DNA from: Limnochordia bacterium
Lineage (GTDB): Bacteria; Bacillota; Limnochordia; DTU080
Direction of reading: 5' to 3'
NCBI GenBank assembly: GCA_050951545.1
Contig: JBMNJG010000011.1
Coordinates: 96,001-160,000, forward strand
DNA length: 64,000 nucleotides
Part shown: piece by piece, positions 58,540 to 64,000 of the stretch
Numbering within the stretch: the stretch's first letter is position 1
Layout: each line of letters begins with the position of its first letter
Program-made: the position numbers and the translations under genes
The notes under the pieces: model-generated
Databases searched by the model: none
The model's input: only the letters and a program-made list of their open reading frames with translations
What the model was told of the DNA's origin: nothing

Positions 58540-60324
58540 TTACGCAAGGTAACCGTACACGCTCTCATCCGGTTCGGAGCTCGGCGTCGGCGGTAATTCC
58601 ACGGGTACCATGTCGTCAAGCTCTTCCTCGTCAGTGCTAACTGCCACTTGGTCACGCTCGGGGTAGATGCTTTCCTCAATGGGTGGCGGCTCCGCATTGC
58701 CGGAGAGAGGCGGGTAATGCTCAGCAAGCCTCAGCAATTCGTCACCGGTCAACTCATCACAGGCTAAGAGCTGTTCAGCAATCACATGGACCAAGTCAGC
58801 GTGATCAGCCAGCAGCCTGGCAACCTGCTCTTTTTGGTGCTCCAGGAGACAATTGATACGTCTACGCAGATCGGGGCTGGGGCTCCTCTCTGCAAGGGCG
58901 GTGTAGGAGTACAAAGTGCCGCCCATGCCATAGAGCCCGATGTAGGCTGAGGCTAGCTCTGTTGCCTGCTTGAGATCCATGGAGGCCCCGCTGGTCTTGG
59001 TGTTGAGGAACATCTCTTCTGCAGCCCGCGCAGCCAGAGCCACCTGGATGTCTGCAAGAATCTCCGCAGCCGTTTGGGTGTGTGTTTCCACCACTGGTTT
59101 GGTCGCCGAAAGACCTAAAGCTCGCCCGTGGCGGATAATGGTCGTTTTGACTACACGGTCATTTGGCTTGAGCCGAAGCTGCGCCACGGCATGACCCGCC
59201 TCGTGGTAGGAAAGACGTCGGCGCTCTTCCGTGGTCATCGATTTGATGGGTTGCTTGAGCCCCCATTCATGTACTTCGCGCGCATAGGTGATGTCATCAT
59301 AGGTCACGGATCCGCGGTTTTCGAAGTGTGCGCGAATCACAGCCTCGTTGATGACGTGTTTGATCTTCACGGGCGTATAGCCGATCATATCGCTCGCCAG
59401 GCGATCCAGGCTGATGGATGGGCTGTGGCGCACCTTGTCTAGGTAGTACTCGATCACTTCCTTGCGCCCATCGTAGTCAGGTACTTCGACGATCACCTGG
59501 CGGTCAAAGCGCCCAGGTCGCAGTAGAGCTGAGTCGAGTGCTTCTGGCAGGTTGGTGGCCCCAATAGTTAGCACGACCGGCTGTGGGCCGGGTTTGGGTC
59601 GCATTCCGAAGCGTCGCAGAATCTTGGCCCACAGGCGGTACTCCAGATTTGGAGGATCCATTTGGAGGAGCAGTTCATTGAGGAGTCCCAGGCCAGCGCC
59701 AAACATGCCCATGGTGCTGCTGCCCATCGTGCCACTGCGGCGGACACCTATGGCGTCGAGTTCATCAATGAATATGATTGCGGCTCCATGCTCTAGAGCC
59801 AGTTTGCGAGCCTTCTTGTAGAGCATCATTATGCGCAGATTGCCTACACCGAAAAACATGTTCTGAAAAGAGGGCGCAGAGGCGTAGGCGAAAGGCAAAT
59901 CAGCCTCTGTAGCGATGGCCATAGCCAGATACGATTTCCCTGTGCCGGGCGGGCCGACCAACAGAAGACCTTTGGATACCTCGCCGCCCATGTCCTTAAA
60001 CTTCTTCTGGCCTTTGAGCAGCGTCACGATCCGTGCTGAAGCCTCTAAGACCTGGTCGTTCCCCTTATAGTCCGCAAAGGTGACTTGGGTCTCACCAGCC
60101 TTAAGCCAGTATACGCGGGCTCGGCCCATGAACCAGAAGATGGCCACGAACTGCATGATTGCCATCAGCATGACAAAGAGCAGATTGAGTAGCGATCGGG
60201 TGACCATCACTGTGTAGGCAAAGGTAGTATGTGGGGCAGCATAATAACCGTATAAATAGGCGACCACAAGAGAAATGAGAAGAACGTGCCTGAGTCGAAT
60301 CCTAAGCCGTGTTCTTTTCGCCAA
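58540..60324 (-). CDS. FtsH-like AAA+ zinc metalloprotease paralog
   Basis: Two N-terminal TM segments, GPPGTGKS, IFIDELD, ATN..LD.ALLRPGRFDR, HEAGH, acidic tail. Confidence 0.88.
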   Translation of the reverse strand: MAKRTRLRIRLRHVLLISLVVAYLYGYYAAPHTTFAYTVMVTRSLLNLLFVMLMAIMQFVAIFWFMGRARVYWLKAGETQVTFADYKGNDQVLEASARIVTLLKGQKKFKDMGGEVSKGLLLVGPPGTGKSYLAMAIATEADLPFAYASAPSFQNMFFGVGNLRIMMLYKKARKLALEHGAAIIFIDELDAIGVRRSGTMGSSTMGMFGAGLGLLNELLLQMDPPNLEYRLWAKILRRFGMRPKPGPQPVVLTIGATNLPEALDSALLRPGRFDRQVIVEVPDYDGRKEVIEYYLDKVRHSPSISLDRLASDMIGYTPVKIKHVINEAVIRAHFENRGSVTYDDITYAREVHEWGLKQPIKSMTTEERRRLSYHEAGHAVAQLRLKPNDRVVKTTIIRHGRALGLSATKPVVETHTQTAAEILADIQVALAARAAEEMFLNTKTSGASMDLKQATELASAYIGLYGMGGTLYSYTALAERSPSPDLRRRINCLLEHQKEQVARLLADHADLVHVIAEQLLACDELTGDELLRLAEHYPPLSGNAEPPPIEESIYPERDQVAVSTDEEELDDMVPVELPPTPSSEPDESVYGYLA

Positions 60325-60457
60325 GCAGTTTCACCTCAATGTACCAGCAGATGTGCAGCCCTCACCTAGTATACATGACGGTCCCGGGCGTTTCCTGCCC
60401 GGAGCTTCTCAGCAGTTAGTCCCCCTACAGGGTATATCTGGGTTGCGCAGGATCACG

Positions 60458-61183
60458 CTACATTGAGGTGGCGTTTTCTAGAGCTCTGGCATACTCATCA
60501 ACCGCTGGCATATCAGCGGATCGGGCGTGGGCTACCGCGTCTTGCCAGCGGTAGGGGACGCGTCGCAGCTCCAGTGAGGTGACGCCACAGCTCACTCTGA
60601 GAAGAAGATAGGCTGCTCGGTTGTCGCCGTCTGTGGGATGCCCGACACTGCCAGCATTGACGACAATGCGGCCCCCCACCTGACGGACATAGGGGCTGTG
60701 GATATGCCCATAAATGACCATGTCGGCAGTATGGTTAGTCACTAGAGGCACTAGTTCATCCTCAGAGAGAGACGAGGGCAGCCAAGCTTCTGTGCTGGAG
60801 GGGGAAGAGTGGAAAAAAAGGACCTCTTGCTGACCAAGAAGTAGGGAATGGCTAAAAGGAGCGTTGCCAAGTCTCTGGAGATGCGTATCTTGCAGCCGTT
60901 GCATGCCCCACTCGCGGAAACGAATGAGTTGCTGCATGCGTTCTGCCGAGGGAGCAAAACCCTTCGGAAAACCCTGGAAGAGCCATTGATCAGTATTGCC
61001 TACCACCTGGATTCCAGGCAGGCAGGCAACTGCCTCCACACATTCAGCGGGCTGTGGCCCTCGGAAAGCAACATCACCCAGACAGATCCAGGTGGCAACA
61101 CCCTGATTGCTGCCGTCTGCGATCACGGCTTCGAGAGCTGCAAGATTGCCGTGAACGTCTCCGAAAACGCCGATCAGCACCAC
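60458..61183 (-). CDS. Metallophosphoesterase (YfcE/calcineurin-like)
   Basis: GDVHGN, LGDV, GNTD, GHIH, NAGSVG. Confidence 0.9.
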   Translation of the reverse strand: MVLIGVFGDVHGNLAALEAVIADGSNQGVATWICLGDVAFRGPQPAECVEAVACLPGIQVVGNTDQWLFQGFPKGFAPSAERMQQLIRFREWGMQRLQDTHLQRLGNAPFSHSLLLGQQEVLFFHSSPSSTEAWLPSSLSEDELVPLVTNHTADMVIYGHIHSPYVRQVGGRIVVNAGSVGHPTDGDNRAAYLLLRVSCGVTSLELRRVPYRWQDAVAHARSADMPAVDEYARALENATSM

Positions 61184-61301
61184 GGTGCCCCCTTGCCAAG
61201 TAGAGAATAAGCAACGTTCGCTATCCTGGTGATCATACCTGACTGACATAGTGATGTCAACGGCAAGGGGATCACACGCATGGCCTGCAACCCGGGCATC
61301 G

Positions 61302-61988
61302 TCACTTCTTCTTGGCTTGACCCGGAGGCACAGTTTTGCCGTACTTCCGTTTTGGTGGTACGGGTTGCTGTAGCTGCTCAATGCTGATCTTGTACTGGGC
61401 CGCTAGCTGTTTCCAGCTCTTACCCTTGAGCTTAGCGTCGACAACCACATGGGGTTTGGCTTTGGCTTGCGAGGCTAGATTAAGGCAGACAGCCACGTCA
61501 GCGACGCTTAACCCCCTTTTCACCCAGAGGATGATGGTGTCTGCTGGTGTGGCGTAGTAGGTCGACAGAAACTGAATACTGACCCCGGTCTCAAAGTCGT
61601 CATCGCGGTAGGAGAAGGGGTCCGCCCCGCCCTTCCATTTGTTGACTAAGCCCGGCGGCATCTTCCCCTTAGCTAGTGCACCCCAGCCGCGGCCCTTCTT
61701 TCGATCCAGGATGATCGCTTCCGGTGCAGTTTGGGATTCCCCGGCCAGACAAAGCACGGAGACTGCTGCTGCGGAGGAGCCTAGATCTGTTCGGTACTGA
61801 GCGCTGATTCTGGTGTCAAGTCCGAAGTATAGCGCAGCCGCCCCAATAAGCAGAGTCTCGGCCAGGTTGGTCTCCGGGGAAGTGACCGAGAAACTGAGTG
61901 AGATGGCAGCGCAAACTGGTATCCAACTCAGTGCTACAATTAGGAGAGTGCTCGACAACACGAGTAGCGATCGACTGTGTCCTTTCAT
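61302..61988 (-). CDS. Secreted/membrane hypothetical protein with PPGQAKK motif
   Basis: Signal peptide, RKKGRGWG and KLKGKSW repeats, MPPGL, terminal PPGQAKKK. Confidence 0.6.
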   Translation of the reverse strand: MKGHSRSLLVLSSTLLIVALSWIPVCAAISLSFSVTSPETNLAETLLIGAAALYFGLDTRISAQYRTDLGSSAAAVSVLCLAGESQTAPEAIILDRKKGRGWGALAKGKMPPGLVNKWKGGADPFSYRDDDFETGVSIQFLSTYYATPADTIILWVKRGLSVADVAVCLNLASQAKAKPHVVVDAKLKGKSWKQLAAQYKISIEQLQQPVPPKRKYGKTVPPGQAKKK

Positions 61989-62344
61989 CTCCTTATGCTC
62001 CTTTCGCTTTGAGCGCGATACTCAGACACTACCTCATCATAATCCTAGTCATGCGCACCTGTACATACAGTGTCCGAGATCACAAGAGCTGTGTACCTAT
62101 ACCCTACAGGCTTGCTACAAAATGCAGCTACCTGAGCAGCCACCCAGTTCGTAGCGGCATAGACATCTGGTCATGAGTATTCAGATCATTGAGTACCCAG
62201 CCTCCACCTATTGGCCATCATACAAACTGGTTCGCTGTGACTATCGGTACATCCTGGCAATAAGAAGCATCTCTGAAGTAGACTGGCGCAGGAAATGAAA
62301 AGGACTTCCGGAAGATGTGAAAGGCATTCCTCTCAAAGGGGCCG

Positions 62345-63016
62345 ATGTCTATGAAGGTTCTTATGTTACGGCACTCGGCAGGATACGAGCACAGCTATCT
62401 GCCAGATGCTGAGGTAGCACTTAAGCAGTTAGGGAAACAGCACGGGTGGAAGGTCACAACGACGTGTCGTGTGGAGTCTATCACTGCAGATAGGTTGTCT
62501 AAACTCGACGTCTTGGTCTTTGCCACGGCAGGAGACCTTTCGTTTGGTACTGAGCAACGAGAAGCAGTGATCAGTTTCGTAGCTGGGGGCAAGGGTTTCT
62601 TTGGGATTCACAATGCTACCGCTGGCGGTTACCAATGGCCTGAGTACGGGGCGATGCTCGGCGGTTACTTTTCTGGTCACCCCTGGACTCAAGAGGTTAA
62701 CGTGCTGGTAGAGGAGACTGACCACCCTGCGACGCGCATGTTGGGCACAAGCTTTCGAGTTTACGATGAGATCTACACATTCCGCGATTGGGATCGCAGC
62801 AGAACACGGGTTCTGCTGCGTCTGGATAATGACTCAGTGGACCTTTCTAAAGGCACTCGGGCCGACCATGATTACGCGCTAGCCTGGTGTCACGATTATG
62901 GGCAAGGAAGAGTGATCTACACGGCGCTAGGGCATCCTGATGACCTCTGGCGTGAAGCCTGGTTCCTTGCCCATATCACTGGCTGTCTCAAGTGGGCGGG
63001 TCGGTTAGAAGACTAG
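62345..63016 (+). CDS. ThuA-domain (class I glutamine amidotransferase-like) protein
   Basis: GYEHS, GKGFFGIHNA, GGYFSGHP, DEIY, GRVIYTALGH. Confidence 0.85.
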   Translation: MSMKVLMLRHSAGYEHSYLPDAEVALKQLGKQHGWKVTTTCRVESITADRLSKLDVLVFATAGDLSFGTEQREAVISFVAGGKGFFGIHNATAGGYQWPEYGAMLGGYFSGHPWTQEVNVLVEETDHPATRMLGTSFRVYDEIYTFRDWDRSRTRVLLRLDNDSVDLSKGTRADHDYALAWCHDYGQGRVIYTALGHPDDLWREAWFLAHITGCLKWAGRLED

Positions 63017-63708
63017 TCTAGTAGCAGGTATTCGATCGTGGTCACCACCCGAACTCGCTTGACATCGGGGGTGTAGCTATCCAAGTCTTCAACAGAAAAG
63101 TACCCTTGCTGGGCTGAGCGGATTTTGCCAACCCTACTGCCGGAGTCTTTGGCAAACTGTACGGCTGCAGCTCGAGCGTTCTGGGTCGCTTTGGCGATCA
63201 TGTCGGGCTTGATCTCGTTGAGGCGAGTAAAGATAAACTGCGGGCGATGCTCGTAGCTGTGCGACAGCAAGACGCCCTCTTTGACGAGTTCGTCAGTCTT
63301 GGGCATGACAGCTTTCACCTGGTCAATAAGTGAGGTGCGTAACAGAACGACGGCTTCGGCTCGGTAGCGTTCTTTGGGCTTGCTTTCTCCACCGTAAGCC
63401 CAAAGATCGCTGACCTTTGGGGTAGCGCTGCTGATGTCCTTCTCGTCAAAGCCATGGCGTACCAAGAAGGCCCGAATCTTACCCTCCGATCGGCTCATCA
63501 GCGCATGCAGGCTGTCTAGGCTGTTGGCACTGACGCTGTAACTCAGCGGCCAGAGTACCAGGTCGACCTTCACGTCGCGTTCAGCAAGGCCTTTTACGCT
63601 GACCACACGATCCGCTCGCTTCCAGACCGCCACTGCCTGCTTCATCTGTATGCCGCCTAAGAGAATGCCTACTGCAAGCAGGACACCAAGCACCGCCGCG
63701 GATTTCAT
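63013..63708 (-). CDS. SIMPL (DUF541) domain protein
   Basis: VSVKGLAERDV, KPDMIAKATQNARAAA.QFA.DS, RVRVVTTIEY. Confidence 0.9.
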   Translation of the reverse strand: MKSAAVLGVLLAVGILLGGIQMKQAVAVWKRADRVVSVKGLAERDVKVDLVLWPLSYSVSANSLDSLHALMSRSEGKIRAFLVRHGFDEKDISSATPKVSDLWAYGGESKPKERYRAEAVVLLRTSLIDQVKAVMPKTDELVKEGVLLSHSYEHRPQFIFTRLNEIKPDMIAKATQNARAAAVQFAKDSGSRVGKIRSAQQGYFSVEDLDSYTPDVKRVRVVTTIEYLLLD

Positions 63709-64000
63709 GTGACCTTCCCATTTCATAGCCCACGCCTCCAGCCATTTGATGTTGCCTTCCTTCGTGCAGCAGAGCGAGTCTCCTCTTGTGGGTTGTCGGG
63801 AGAAGTGGCAGGAGAAGGAACGATAGGCGCTGTACTACCAGGTGCAGAGCGTGTGTCGCGGAGAGAGCGTCGAATACGTTGGCGACAACATCCTGACGGT
63901 CAACGTCACTCGTGCCCGTTGCCGTACTATATCGTTGGCCTTGCGCCGTAAGTCGCTGAGTGAGCAGGAATGATCCGCCTTGCGCGGTACTCTTGGCTAG

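Noticed and set aside
63709-64000. Short ORFs at the right edge
   Set aside because: No recognisable motif; probably intergenic/promoter DNA for a gene beyond the window.

Overview
GC-rich (roughly 58-60% by eye) chromosomal segment with about 55 CDS. No rRNA, tRNA or CRISPR array was seen. The spoVAC-D-E genes together with an SLH/beta-barrel (OmpM-like) protein and a non-lipidated sugar-binding protein suggest a spore-forming diderm Firmicute (Limnochordia-like; inference). Most of the window is ordinary metabolism and stress genes: phoA fragment, MATE, msrC, FprA/rubredoxin, LarA, CopA, Hsp20, an FtsH paralog, Gfo/Idh/MocA enzymes and a FadR-regulated sugar catabolic cluster. Best novel-system candidate: a two-gene operon at 8364-15330 encoding a ~1,900-aa protein (helical N-domain, (PEP)28 linker, active STAND NTPase, second degenerate STAND) and an overlapping 411-aa degenerate-STAND protein ending in a HEPN-type RNQLAH motif, plausibly an anti-phage/conflict system. 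Other notable signals: (1) a four-copy hairpin element placed directly before ribosome-binding sites; (2) a PlsA/PlsR(Ger)-like ether-lipid/plasmalogen operon directly upstream of spoVA; (3) a split, order-permuted IS256 transposase with a catalytically dead half between XRE genes; (4) a recurrent sigma-H-like promoter; (5) two orphan DNA methyltransferases; (6) a nucleotidyltransferase TA-like pair; (7) a doubly frameshifted gene. All calls come from reading motifs by eye; no database searches were run.
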